Part shown: piece after piece, positions 25,842-39,525 of the stretch
Layout: every line of letters starts with the position of its first letter
Position numbering within the stretch: position 1 is the first letter of the stretch
Assembly (NCBI GenBank): GCA_951406725.2
Contig: OX597816.1
Location: forward strand, 55,738,001-55,802,000
DNA from: Octopus vulgaris
Lineage: Eukaryota
Length of the DNA stretch: 64,000 nucleotides
Direction of reading: 5' to 3'
The notes under the pieces: generated by a model
What the model was told of the DNA's origin: nothing
Databases searched by the model: none
The model's input: the letters and a program-made list of their open reading frames with translations, nothing else
Position numbers and translations under genes: made by a program

Positions 25842-27130
25842 CTCACACATCAGCAAAGCCATGGTTCGAATGGTCCGAAGGATATTAATTGCATTCTTTG
25901 AAGATTATGACTTGCTGACTGACACCCAGCATGGTTTCCGACCAGGTAGAAGCTGCCTGAAACAGTTCTTGCAGCATTACATCTTGGTGTTAAAGCAATT
26001 GATCAACAATTCAAATGTGGACGTGATATACCGCGATATTACAAAAGCACTTGACAAGGTCGACAATGGAATGATTTGTACCAAGCTCCAAAATATTGGC
26101 ACACTCGAAAAACTTGGAGAATGGCTCCATAAGTCTAAAAGATAGAAGTCTGGTAGTGGTGGTCAATGGGACCAGCTCCGAGGAAATAGAAATAATGAGT
26201 GGTATTCCACACGGTACTCTTCTGGAGCCAGTGTTATTCAGAGTGGCCCTCTCTGACATGCCCTCAGCTGCTCAAGTAGCTACCCTTGCTAACTATGGAG
26301 ACGATACAAAAATCTCTCAAAGGATGCAGGATCCTGGAGATGTGCATCTACAACGGAAATTTGAGGCAATATATAGGAGGGCTGAGGAAAATAAGATGCA
26401 GTTTAATATTGGAAAATTCCAAGCCCTGCGATACCAACACAGATAGCTATGAAAAGTAGATAGGTTACAGTGGGCCAAAAGGGATTTGTATTCCGGTATC
26501 AAAATCAGTACATAATCTGAGCATCGACATGAGTAATGTTGCCGCTTTCCAGATACATATTACCAAGCTGGCAATAAAATACAGACGTCTGGCTGGATGG
26601 AACCTTCGAACATTCAAAACAAGAGAAAAGGAAACCATGATGGTCCTCAGAATGACTTTCATTTTCTGCCGTCTGATTACTACTCCCAATTGTGGTCACC
26701 AGACAGTGTAAAATAACGACGAGACTCAAGGACATCTAGTGAAGCTACACCAAGAAGGTAGACACAATGTAACACATTAGCAACTGGGAGAGACTCCCTG
26801 GAGCGAAGGCGGGATAGATATTTAGTAATATACATCTGGAAAATCCTGGAAACTCTTGTGTCTAATTTTGGCATTATCAGTTACATTAACAACAGGGCGG
26901 GGTGCCACTGCATAGTACCAAAAAGCTAAAGATTGCCAACAGGATACAGAACCAGATACTGCACAAGCGACTGGGTTTCAAAGTCCCACAGCTCTTCAAT
27001 ATCCGCCTCAAAGCCTGAGAGACCTGCAAAACAAAATGAGATCTCTTTCTGTCTAGAGTTCCGGATGAACCTACCTCAAGGAAAGAAACATAGAAGAGGG
27101 CAGTAACGTCAAACTCCCTCGGTTTAGTGA
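25190..27130 (+). mobile_element. CR1/L2-like LINE reverse transcriptase remnant
   Basis: PILKGG..NYRP(I)SLTSHISK, QHGFRPGRSC, D..KALDKVD, SGIPHGTLLEP, YGDDTK and MQFNIGKF; frameshifted. Confidence 0.9.
25755..25838. repeat. (CT)n microsatellite inside the LINE RT YRPISLT motif
   Basis: About 42 CT units between AACTATAGGC and GACCTCACAC. Confidence 0.95.
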
Positions 27131-28434
27131 AAGTGTAGCAAAGTAAATGGCCGCAGTCCTTGGAATAAATCTAAAATTTAAAAAAAACCTTTTCTGCTTT
27201 TCCAAGTTATTTTCCAGACTGCAATGATCTTTTATCATTGGTAAACACTAAAAAGTATTAAATATATAAACACGAAAATTAATGAAATTTCTCCAGGCCT
27301 GGAGCCGCTACAAATTATATTTCAACTTCAACTGGTTGGCACTTTCAGGCAACTGGTGTCACTAGGTCAAATCAAACCCTCTACCTTTCATAACCCATAC
27401 TATAGAAAATTCATTTAAATACAAGTGTATTCAGATGTATGATGATAAAGAGAATTAGTTAAAGACTCCGGCGCATTTTGTCGCGACTCCATCAATTTTT
27501 ATATTTTCTCCGCAAGTGTGTCAGTTTGTATGAAACAATTGAAACAGATGTTAAAATCACTATTCGATCAATAAAACCTGGCAGTCATTTTTGATTTTTT
27601 TACGTGACTAGTTTTATATTTGCTGTTTACCAATGTGCTCATAACAGGCAGACACATACTTTAGCTAGCATTTCGATATCAGCTGTGTCTGCCGGCAGTT
27701 CGCGCTGTCCATCTCATTATGGCTGACATCCTCTCTAGAGGGACATCTCATTATGACCGACATTCTCACTACTTTCTCTGTCATTATGGCGTCGACTTCA
27801 ACTGATTTCAAATATTTTAAATCTCATTTACTCGCAGATAAATTTTTAGCTTTCCAGTTAGACTTGAAGGAATGAAATATTCATGAAATTTCCGATTTTA
27901 TAATCAGAAATATTTGCATCTTCACAACTACAACAATAATCACGTTGAAATATGTTGCAGATTTTTTCCTGCCCTTAAGCAATCAAGATTTATATATGCG
28001 TTTTTTCGAGCTGTTTGTTGACTAAAGATTCTGTCAACTTCCTGATAGAAAGATTACTCGAAAAACATGGCTCTTTTATAATCAGTTTATCAAAATTTGC
28101 AAATGTTGACATCTTCATTTGCACATTAGTATAAATTGGCTAACAATTACCTATTTCTTCGCTAAGAAATTAATTAATTAGTTGCAATTAGTTTTTTAAA
28201 ATGACTCTACGACAGAATTGGGAAATTTAGCTAAGTGTTGCTATCGTAAATACATTCATAAGTCATAATTTTATAATATACATGCATATACATATATATC
28301 TGTGTGTGTGTGTGTGTGTGTGTCTATATACACACATGCACACACGCACACACACAAACATATATATATGTGTATATATACATACATACATACATACTTA
28401 CGTACGTACGTACATACATACATACATACATACA

Positions 28435-28468
<34 letters not shown>

Positions 28469-28499
28469 CATACATACATACATGTATACATATGTATAT

Positions 28500-28928
<429 letters not shown>

Positions 28929-29395
28929 TTTAAATAATAAGGGAGATAGATTAATATCAATTTTAATATCAATTTAAAACCAGTAGTCTAGCAAACAAAA
29001 AATCTGAAAAATCAGAGAAGATTCTAATACACGTGTATATTTACAGGGCAAGACTGCTAGGTAGTCTGCCACATGCTAGAAATAGATCACCAACGATCAA
29101 ACTACAAAGAAAGTTCTCTAGAGGAAAAATTCAGCGAACACCAGAACCAAATTTGGCGGGCAGGACAGATGAAAATTTATATAAAAAAACAGAATTAATT
29201 GCATACCTCGGTTTCGGCCTTTAACAAAAGAATTACTTACATAATTCAAATGTCCGTGGTTCCATCAGTGCAATCGTTCAGTGTAAATGCAATCTGAAAA
29301 ACTAACTCCAGCTTTCTGTGCCAAAACAGACACGTGTTTAGTTTTACCGAGTACATTAGGGATAAAATTTCAAATGTCTTAGTTCCGGCGCGCTA
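28929..29395 (-). mobile_element. HHR-bearing element, family 2 (degenerate copy)
   Basis: Homologous to 59042-59630 but starts at a different phase of the unit; 3' end next to (TA)n; other end abuts a mariner fragment. Confidence 0.8.
29198..29274 (-). ncRNA. Type I hammerhead ribozyme, probably inactive
   Basis: Minus strand: ATTGCA-CTGATGG-(long stem II region)-GAA-ACCGAGGT-A-TGCAAT. Stem I is perfect; core A9 is changed to G. Confidence 0.7.
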
Positions 29396-29970
29396 TGAAG
29401 GCGTCCATCAAGGCGTCCAGGACCCTTGTCATATCATCCTTCTTCTTTCTCAAAGCCTCCACAAAGTACTATTTATTGGCCGCCTTCTGGCCAGAGGGAA
29501 TCCAATGAAAGAAGATGACGCCTTTTCTGTTGTAAAACGTGTTCAATATGAGCTTCTCGGTGGACTCGCTTTGCCTGATCTTCAGGGGTCTGGAAGAACC
29601 AGGATGCTTCCATTGTCCCTTTTGTCTCTTAGTTGCTGGATTATAAGAAATAGATTCTGATTTCGTCACAGGACTCCAGAGGCTCAAGTACTCTTGAACC
29701 GGGGGTAATGAGTTCAACCACCTCTTGCTTCTTGCTTTCTCTTCGTCACTGTGCGTTCTGGAAACAAATTATGCACATATTCTGTGCTTGTTCAGATCTC
29801 CCTCAATAATCCTGTGTATGTACGACACCAATTTCAAACTGTACGTTTATTGACTTTGTAAGAATTCAGAATTTTCTCATTTATCTCTGAGGTTCCAAAC
29901 ATCCATCTCCCCCTCACACCTCTCACTGTCTCTCATCTCCTTTCTACCCACTTTGAATATTTTGTACCAG
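29396..29970 (-). mobile_element. Mariner-type transposase remnant
   Basis: VTKSES..YNPATKRQKGQWKHPGSSRPLKIRQSES.EKLILNTFYNRKGVIFFHW matches the mariner region following the first catalytic Asp. Confidence 0.85.
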
Positions 29971-29979
29971 TAAAACACG

Positions 29980-30012
<33 letters not shown>

Positions 30013-30312
30013 TCGCATACACACACACATGCACATTATTTCTAAGAACTGTGTGAGTTGTACTTTATTACTTGATGTTGTGTATATATCTAATATTTCT
30101 CACGAACGCGCTAGGCAGACCTTGACGTGCGTTTGGAAGACAATGCGATTCCAAACCAGTAATATACGGTAAGCTGTCCTTCGAAAAGCGTCCTAATCAC
30201 AAGCTACAAAAACAGTTAAAAAAAGATTCGTGAAAGTAACCTAAAGGAAGAGCAAACCAATATAAATAACTGGGAAAGACTAGCTTTGGAATGGGCTGGT
30301 AGTGCATCAGGG

Positions 30313-30536
<224 letters not shown>

Positions 30537-30538
<2 letters not shown>

Positions 30539-30770
30539 TAGTTTTATTTTTATAGCGTGCTTTCATTTCACTACCGAGCGCAGCTCTGTGTGCTTTGGGT
30601 ATGTGCTGTGGTTTGTTGTGATGTTCTTATGGTTACTGTATTGAAAGTGTTTTACGTAGGATGTGTGCAGTCCCCAGCAGTGCAATTTTCTGTATGTTAT
30701 ATATATTTGTAAGTCCTGGTGTTTTTGTTATGTATTTGTCTGAATATTTTTTATCATACTTAATGTAGAA
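30537..30770 (-). mobile_element. R4/Dong-like LINE extreme 3' end
   Basis: Minus strand reads ..TPGLTNIYNIQKIALLGTAHILRKTLSIQ*, then a short 3' UTR and (AAT)n. Confidence 0.8.
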
Positions 30771-30824
30771 GAAACGGTCGTAAACAACTTATGTTGGTTT
30801 TATCATATTCGAATTTTGTTTTTA

Positions 30825-31016
30825 ATCACAAGGCCAGCAGTCTCGGGGAAGGTGATAAGTTCATTACATCAACCGAAGTGCTCAACTGGTACTTGTTTTA
30901 TCTTCTCTGAAATGACTACAGGCAAAGTCGAGTTAGGCGGATTTTGAACTTGGGACGTAAAGATAGACTGGTAAGAATTTTGCCCAGCATGCTAATGGTT
31001 CTGCGATCGCCGCCTT
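30825..31016 (-). mobile_element. SINE family B, degenerate copy
   Basis: AACTGGTACTT..GGCAAAGTCGA..TTTGAACT..GCATGCTAA homology to family B. Confidence 0.65.
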
Positions 31017-32229
31017 TCACGTGTATTGTATTAAAGCTTAAAGCAATATAATAGTGATATAGGGTGATAGACATAATTTATCAAGTTATCCTTGTCATAA
31101 ATTTTAGTTGATATAATTAGAATATTATTTACACGAAAGAAAACTAAATTATTGCATTGACACCACAGGAAAATAAGAAAACAATTTTTTTTATTTAGAA
31201 TTTGCCTCAAACTATCTCATTCAGAAACTTGAAGCTTACCAAGAAATGGTGATAGGATTGGTCGTATTCATCTAGAAGACTATTACAAAATACCTAGAAG
31301 TACCTTGTGAATAAATAGTAAAAACTTACGTGAATTACTAAAACGCGATCAAATCAACGAAAATTATGGTGTGGCCCCAGGGAATCCATTTAATAAGGAA
31401 ATGTCTAAAATGACTGACTGCAGTGGAATGAAAGAAAATGGAAGTAAAGAAATTGAGGAATAGATAAAATATATGCTAAAAGGAATCGCAAATATTGTGC
31501 ATTGTTATTTCCTGGAAAAGAAATACATAAGTTAGGAGGCATCTTCAGGAAACCTATGGGGGTTTCATCATAACTTATTTCTCTCCCAGTTACTTTTCAA
31601 TAACCTCCAAACATGTACGGAAAAAACGAAGTCAACTTATCCATTTATATCACAGCTTAGGTCTGTTTCTCGTTTAACTGTGTTAATGCAATGGGATTCC
31701 GTGACTGACAACGCCAATAATACGGAAAGCTTGCCTCACTGAAATAAAAAAAAGCTTGGTAAACGCAGGTACACTAGGATAGAAATAAAGTGTTGAACTG
31801 TTGCCATAACCAGCTTAGTCCCGTGATCTGAAGAACAAGCTTTTTTTTTATTTTCATTCATATAAAAATATACAATCGTATTGTATTATATTGAACATAC
31901 GTAATAATGTAAACATGTAAGCATAACTTCCGGTTTACTGAAATTAATAATGCCAAATGATTTCGGAACGCCTGAATCCGATGAAAATCTTTTACTTAAA
32001 TGAATATCCATTTCACTTGTTAAACTTCATGACTAATTATTTTATATTCTCCTTACTGAATAGTGTTATGGTTTGGATATTCCGGATTTTCAGTTACATG
32101 GATACTAGACATTACATTACATTGTAAGCGATTATTACAGGGATTGAAGGCGTAGGCCGAAATATGTGCTTACTGTGATAGGTACACGATTCTCTGAATC
32201 CATATCTTATATTATTCTCTCTTATATAT

Positions 32230-32445
32230 ACCAGTGTCATATTAAATGACAGAGTTATGGAACATTGACAGCCATCATTCTGAATTACTAAACGGCAATT
32301 TCATGTTCACTGCCAGCTTTCTCGGTTTAAATAAGCGTTCAATTTGCAAAAGCTGATGAACAGCAGTGAACATTGAATCGTTGTTCAGAAATCGATAGAC
32401 CTGAATATAAGTGTTCCTTACCGTTTGTCATTTAATATATTTGGG
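32230..32445. repeat. Imperfect foldback / MITE-like inverted repeat
   Basis: Left arm ATATTAAATGACA..GGAACA..TTCTGAA..ATGTTCACTGC..CAGCTTT is mirrored by AAAGCTG..GCAGTGAACAT..TTCAGAA..TGTTCC..TGTCATTTAATAT. Confidence 0.6.
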
Positions 32446-32504
32446 CGTCTATTACTAACGATATTGAGTGTTAAAGATTTGTTGTTAGACATATATATAT
32501 ATAT

Positions 32505-33083
32505 ACATAAATTTGAATTAGGATAAAATCTTTATAAGCATTTATCAAGTAGTCAGCGTGAAAACCGCATAAGGGAAAAAAATTATAATCATTCCATTTA
32601 AAAACATTTCTTTATATTAAGGGCATTACTACACATAAATGCCTCACGCTATTAGGGAATCTTACAGTCAAAACTACCATAATAAATACACAGTGTATCC
32701 AACGCGAGGTAATGCAACCGGAATATATTCAGTGCTGAATTATTCCGAATATACACGTGTACCTAAACGTAATTTGAAAAGCCCGTTTCTTACATAGATA
32801 TATAAGAGTGAATATCTCTATGTACTATGTTGGATACATTTTGTGTTTGTCTGGTATGTTGATTTTGTTTATTTTTATATGTCTTCATTATGCCAGCACT
32901 GACGATTAGAAAGTGGATTATGCACACTAACTATGAAATCGTATGATTTGCGGCTGAATCTGTTTTTAAGGGTCGGCTTCAAAGATTGAATTCCCTCACT
33001 GTCGGTGCACTGTATTTATTATGGTTGTTTTGACTTTAAGAGTCCACAATAGTGTGAGGCATTTATGTGTAGTAATGTCCTTA

Positions 33084-33087
<4 letters not shown>
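32505..33087. mobile_element. HHR-bearing element, family 4, head-to-head inverted arrangement in (TA)n
   Basis: 32618-32697 is the near-perfect reverse complement of 33008-33085; (TA)n on both flanks; hammerhead at 32892-32954. Confidence 0.7.
32892..32954 (+). ncRNA. Type I hammerhead ribozyme
   Basis: GCC(A)GCA-CTGACGA-tTAGaaAGTG..CACTaaCTAt-GAA-ATC gtat GAT-T-TGCGGC; stems I, II and III all pair; predicted AUU cleavage triplet. Confidence 0.7.
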
Positions 33088-33131
<44 letters not shown>

Positions 33132-33251
33132 ATAGACAATACACATATATGTGTGCGTGTCTCTATCTTCACTACCACACTGCATTTTGTATTATACTCT
33201 GCTCTGTTTTCTTGTTAAAGTGCCGGCAAATATGTTTATTTGTTTTGCCAG

Positions 33252-33650
33252 CATCATCATCATCATCATTGTTAGACCCTGGTCGAGACAATGGAATTTA
33301 CCATGCTACGCCAGAATTCACGGTCCATCATGGCATTACGGAGGTCCTGTTGCTGGATGCCTGTATCCCTGGAGATTACATCAGGGTAGGAGAGTGTGCG
33401 CCCTCTGGTATTGCGAGTAGATGGCTTCCAGAGGAGAAGAGTAGAAATTACTTCTTTTTCAGCTCTACAACAATGTCCAGCAAACTGGACTCTCCTACCT
33501 TTCACAAGAGATGACACAGGTGGTAGTTTCCCATATATGTGCATTTTGGTTGGATGGCGCTTCCACGAGAGATTTTGAGCTCTCATAAGGAGGCGAGTGT
33601 AGGTTCCATCCAACCGCCTCTCAAGCTTCTTTGATAGCATCAGCAGACTC
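33252..33650 (-). mobile_element. RTE-clade LINE 3' end with (GAT)n tail
   Basis: LERRLDGTYTRLLMRAQNLSWKRH..RRVQFAGHCCR..AMMDREFWR, followed by a (GAT)n tail. Confidence 0.85.
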
Positions 33651-35439
33651 CAAAGATGTAATATCGCCTCCCTGATATCCTCAGAGTTTCGAGTTAAACA
33701 ATATTGTTTCAAACAGTTTCTTTTGTACATACCATAACTTGATTTTATCGGGACGGTAAACAAAATTCCGATTGGTTAAACAGAGTCGTACAGTTTAAGA
33801 CCCCCATCTGATATCACTATCAACCATTATCGTAGTTAGTACTCATCTTCTGCAAAGTTTATTAAGGTAAGGAGAAAAATACCGAAATCAGTTGAAATGA
33901 ATCTATTTGTGGAAAGAACAAAACCTTGATCAAAATTTCAAAGATTACAAAGAAAAAAATAATAATAACTAGTCACCAGTAGCATAGGGGAAAGGGAAAC
34001 ACGAATGAAAACTCTGTTGAAAGGTATGTCTTTCGTCCAAAATCTATAGAAAGTTATAAATAGGTTGAATGGTTCCAGCGATAGTGTTGTTCAGTCATTC
34101 AATAAAATAGATATAATCGGTTGAATGGAATCGGGAAGAGATTGATTAGAATATGCCCTCTGAACAGAAGGCTATTCCTGGTTTGAAGAAAAAATAGGAA
34201 ACCCGTTTCCATACTAAAGATTGAAAACGCCAAAATGTAGAGACTTATGCTATATGTTGATGAATAATTGTTATTGTAAAGAAGGCATGAAATAATGGTC
34301 TCTTAATGAAGTAGAAATATAAGATGGAATTCTCTCTACTCGAGAGATTAAAATTGGGATAGAAAAGAATAAATGAAGGTAGAAGTGACTGTCAAGTGGA
34401 AGAAAATCTGGAAATCTAAAACCGAAATTATTTAAGGCGCTTAGGGAAAGGACAGATTAAGTATTATAAAGATAACATTATTTAGAGTGAAGTATTAAAC
34501 AGCTTAGTGTAAAGGAAATCTGTGCATGGTCATCACAGCAAATATTGCTGAAGGCAATAAATATTGATTGAGAGAAATTCAATGTGATAGAAATGTGTTT
34601 GCGATAGAATAACCCATATACGAAAATCAGGAAAAGTAAATGTCTTCTATTCTTTTTCACTTCGTTTTGTTTTTGTTTTGTTGTTGTTGCTGTTGTTTTT
34701 CTCGCTCGAATACGATATGCGTAATACCAAAATTACCAAAAGAAAAGATTTAATTTTAGTACCTAATTATCATTTGCTAATGTAGTTTAATGAATTAGTC
34801 TGTCCCGGAAACAAAACACAATGCAGGAAAAGCAGCATGAAGACTTTAAGAAAAGGTAGCTACACTGGAATATGTCAAAGGAAGATTAACAGTGTTTATT
34901 GTGAAGAATTATCGATTAATTGCATTCGTACGAACCCACCAATTTTTGGAGATTAAGAACCATAAAATATATGAAATATAACTATGGTTTTATTTGTTCA
35001 AACTCCCAAAAATGTCTTGTATTGAACAGTAATGAAATCATGAAATTAAAACATTATGTGTATGTAAATATTATAATAACGTATTTTGGTGAATATCCAT
35101 GTGGTTTTTGTCCTGCTAGAAATAGCAGCTAAATTCCTATCAACATAGTTGACCGTCATAAAATAAAAACATATACATTGTATAACGTATCCTGTAATGT
35201 ATTAAACTTGATAGATAGATAAATAGACTTTATGGCCATTGTTTGAAAGTCTTTTGTTATATGTTTGCCGTATCCTGCTCATCTTTGAGCAACAGCAAAA
35301 AGAATAAAACAAGATTTTGCGCTATAAAACAATAGGAAATATTTTTTGAGCAGCGGTGCTTAAACGATATATCTTACCCTGATGAGAAACTCCGTAATCT
35401 TAATTACTAAGGAACTCCTAAAACGACAGGTTGGCCACA

Positions 35440-36500
35440 GATGGAGCATCTTTGATAATAGATCATTCAATGAGACGATGGTTGATTTGGAGATAATGAA
35501 ACTGACACTGCATCAGATATAACAATATTGATGACTTAACAATTTTCATCAAATGGAGATAACCAGTTGAAAAATTGATTAGAATTTGTTCAGAATACTT
35601 AACGCAGAGGTTTATATATATATACAAAGGACAGGAAATATGTAAAACTACTTCGATTTAACGAAGATCACAGATATACATAATATAGAGTTGAATAAGT
35701 ATAGAGAATATTAAGGAATTATGATTGGGAAAGTCTTCAAATATCTTGGAAGGATTGTACGAAACAGAAACGAAATTACATAAAAAATATAAAAATCAAA
35801 CCAAAGTAATCTTAGTGCAATGAAATATTAATATACAGCAGTAAAGTAAAATCATAAAGTCTGGTTCATTGTTACAATAGTTATATTGATACTAAGCTAC
35901 AATTTTCATGAGATAAACTGCAGGATAAACGAACTCCACAGACTATAGAGAAAAGCAAGGAAATTAATTACTATTTTTAGTAGAAATCACAGAAAACACA
36001 AACGTAGAAAGTAGCAGGCTATATTTACCACAGGCAGAAGGTGGAACTGGACTCGTGCAGTTAGAAGATTACTATTAGCTTAGCTACCCTATCTTTATAT
36101 AAATATATACGATGAAACTGCATTATTAGAAGACTATATGTCCAAAATAGCAAAGTATATTATAATGCATCTAAAAAGAATCTGAAAAATACGAAAACGT
36201 TTGTGAAGAAGACGAGGAACAACGGACGTAAAGTGAATCTATAGAACTAAACATGATTAATGAATTTTAAAATAGTAAACACTGCCATTTGGAAGAGTAT
36301 TATTATTAAGTGATGTAAATATTTACATAATAAAGATCATATCCTAATGGACGTATCAGAAATAGATCATGGAAACCGATGCAGCTTCAGACAGAACACA
36401 TCATCGTACAATGTTCAAGATCAAGTTTTGACCGCCGCCGGAAGTTACATAAAACATATTCATCAAAGACTTAAAATGGCCTGAGATGAAAGGGGAAAGG
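35440..36500 (+). mobile_element. Highly decayed R4/Dong-like LINE RT
   Basis: IDDL (~35527), FKYLG (~35736) and RLYLPQAEGGTGLVQLEDYY (~36017-36076). Confidence 0.65.
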
Positions 36501-38081
36501 GAAAACCGCGAAACATGCGATTACGTGTCTCAAATTAAGCTCTTTTAAAGGCATGGCTATATGTACATCGGAAATGATGACAATGTAAGAATTTAACGTA
36601 ACAAGGAGGGAACAAAAGCATTCTCTTCGGACAAAGAACTGGAAAATGATAAAATGGCAATAATGCATTGGCAAAAACTGTAACAGAAAAATAGGTCACC
36701 CATAATTGTAATTATTAAAAAAAAACAAAGGTAAAAGATGTGTACAATGCTTAAAATGGTTCATGTAACCGTCATATGTCTCATAGACAAATACGGTTTT
36801 GATGCCGTAATGTTAATCAAGCTGAACAACTGACAACGGTGGAAATGTTGAACAAAATGCCTTATGGCGTAATTTGCGTACGATTTTTCAGTTCCGATTT
36901 TAAATCCTTCTGGTCTGAGGGTAATTATTTAATCAGCAAAGGTTCTTCCCCTAATAGTTGCTGAACTTCTTCCTAACTTAGATACAATGCTCATTCTCTT
37001 CTAATTTTTTTTTTTAGTTTTTTTGCCAATTTTGCATTTTCTTATTCTATGTTCAATCCCTAAGTTATTGACCAGTACGCCAACTGAGAAACGTTTTAAT
37101 GCTTCCAGATTAATGGACGTAATTAATTAAATTCATATAAACACTCTAGACATCATTATATATTGCCACTATTATTTATTACATTGATGTAATAAATATT
37201 GTTACGTCTGTCTGTCAGAAAGAGGGTTGCGGGTTCACGTGCTCTTGAGCGCGAAAATACAAGATATTATTTCTCATCAACATCTATAATCTTCGATACT
37301 AAACTTTCTTGTTTCTACGCATTGTTCTATTGATGATTATGCAGTGTTTTTGCAGGAAGTTCAGGTAGAAATTTACTATCCATTTGTGGGTTTTCTTTTC
37401 ATTAAACGATTTGAAGAAAATGAATCCGTTAAACAATGATTTCTGAAAAGATAGCAAAATATTTACAAACGCAACAAAAAGAAAGAAAGTATTTTAAGGA
37501 AAGGTATGAACATAGAACTCATGCTATAGACGAAATTGCTTAAAACAGCTACGTTTCTTGGTCCGAAGACCTGGGAGTAGATACATACACAGCGCTGGCT
37601 AAAATATTCATTATTATGCTAAAATAATCTGAAATATTCCTCAGGGGATCGCTATACAGGACAGATTATATCGCACTATATACAAGGATAAACAAAATTT
37701 GGTCGTGTTGATTACTATTCACACTGTCCTGGAAAATGATCTCAATATTCAGATGAAAATTTAGAAATATATTTGAATATGTGATTCTTTTTATACGATG
37801 AGTTCACAGGAAACAGCGGTGTGCATGATATTTCCAGACCCTCCTACACAAAGGAGATTAATGCCATCAATTTTCTCATGTTAACATCTGTAGAAAAGAC
37901 ATGAAGGCACGACGGTTAGGGGATGAAGAATTGTGCATAAAGGTTAACAAGTGGTCTTGTGGATTATACACAAGAACTGTAAGGAGAGAACGAGAGATAT
38001 GTGAGGTGATATGTTGGCCTCGGTATATTTCCTGTGTCCTTATCTTTACAAAGGTGGATATAAGCACCTCCACTCAACAAT

Positions 38082-38120
38082 CAGAGACTAGTTTCTGAGT
38101 CATTGCTCGTCATCAGTCTG
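38082..38120 (-). ncRNA. Minimal type I hammerhead ribozyme (Penelope-type)
   Basis: Minus strand: CAGA-CTGATGA-cGAGcaatgaCTCa-GAA-A CTAG T-C-TCTG. Intact core, 4-bp stem I, palindromic ACTAGT helix III and GUC triplet. Confidence 0.8.
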
Positions 38121-38464
38121 GAGTATCATGGCTTGCAAACTGTCGATGTCTATCTGCCTTTGTGAACTTATAATAATTCTAGTGAAATGCATTCACTGAT
38201 TTAGAAAATAGAAATAATAGATTTCTAAAACTCTCAGAGAGATTTATACAATAGTAACACGATAAAGTGGTGGCATGCTGTTAACTTAATTTGACAGTCC
38301 CATGAAAGGGAGTAATACTACTGCTGTTTTGTCTTAAGAAGCACCACTTCCTGTCAGCCTTGACACATTTCCTGTGTCCTTATGTAGGTACAAATATTGA
38401 TATTTACTGGGTGGTAAAATTCGATAAAATCTTAAATAATATTTGATTGATAATATTGAATTCA

Positions 38465-38575
38465 AATTTTGGCACAGGGCTAGCAATTTCGGGTGAGTCG
38501 GTTATTTCGACCTCAGTATTTCACTGGTACTTATTTTATCGATCCCCAAAAGGATGAAAGTTTAAGTCGATCTCA
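38465..38575 (-). mobile_element. SINE family B, 3' fragment
   Basis: CACTGGTACTTATTTTATCGATCCCCAAAAGGATGAAAG homology to family B. Confidence 0.7.
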
Positions 38576-38952
38576 TACATACATACATACATACATACAT
38601 ACATACATACATACATACATACATACATACATACATACATACATACATACATACACACATAGGAGTAAAATACCCTGTTGCTGATGTTGAAATTACAATC
38701 TGTGAATGGAACAGTAAAAATATGCAAGACTTTTCTCAAGTTCCAAAAGTGAATTTGTTTGTGTTAACTGTATCCGAAAGATGGAGCCATATATCAGTGT
38801 TGGAAATCGACTCCCTTCTCAGTGGAAGCTTTATAATTATTAAAATAACAGAAGACGTATGTATATGACACGAATTCTGATGTGTGATACATCAAAAATA
38901 ACTTGCTTTCTCCATACTTTTTTCTGCCCTTCTCTCTCTCTCTCTCTTTCTT

Positions 38953-39015
<63 letters not shown>

Positions 39016-39129
39016 CTGTCTCTCCGTCCCTCTTTTTTATCCACATACTGGAAGCAAATGAACAAACAAGTATATGCATATGTGTGTGTGTGTGTTTCTT
39101 GTGTTGGCACACACGCAATATACACACGT

Positions 39130-39525
39130 GGTGGCAAGCTGGCTGAAACGTTAGCACGCCGGCCGAAATGCTAAGCGGTACTTCGTCTGCCCTTACGTTC
39201 TGAGTTCAAATTCCACCGAGGTCGACTTTGCCTTTCATCCTTTCGGGGTCGATAAATTAAGTACCAATTACGCACTGGGGTCGATGTAATCGAGCTAATC
39301 CGTTTGTCTGTCCTTCTTTGTCCCCTCTGTGTTTAGCCCCTTGTGGGTAGTAAAGAAATAGGTATTTCGTCTGTCCTTACGTTCTGGGTTCAAATTCCGT
39401 CGAGGTCGACTTTGCCTTTCATCCTTTCCAGGTCGATAAAATAAGTACCAGTTGCGTAATAGGACCGTTCTAATCGACTGGCCCCCACCCCCAAAATTTC
39501 AGACCTTGTGCCTAGAGTAGAAAAG
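39130..39525 (+). mobile_element. SINE family B, partial tandem
   Basis: Full head GGTGGCAAGCTGGCTGAAACGTTAGCACGCCGG and B box GAGTTCAAATTCC, followed by a second body starting at ~39360. Confidence 0.85.

Noticed and set aside
35113-35128. CTGCTAGAAATAGCAG hairpin resembling the Cas9 sgRNA tetraloop
   Set aside because: Only a ~13-nt match; similar words occur in native repeats here and the rest of the scaffold is absent.
35377-35434. CTGATGA followed by a hairpin and AAAACGACAGGTT
   Set aside because: Lacks a correctly placed GAAA and has only a 2-bp stem I; not supportable as a hammerhead.
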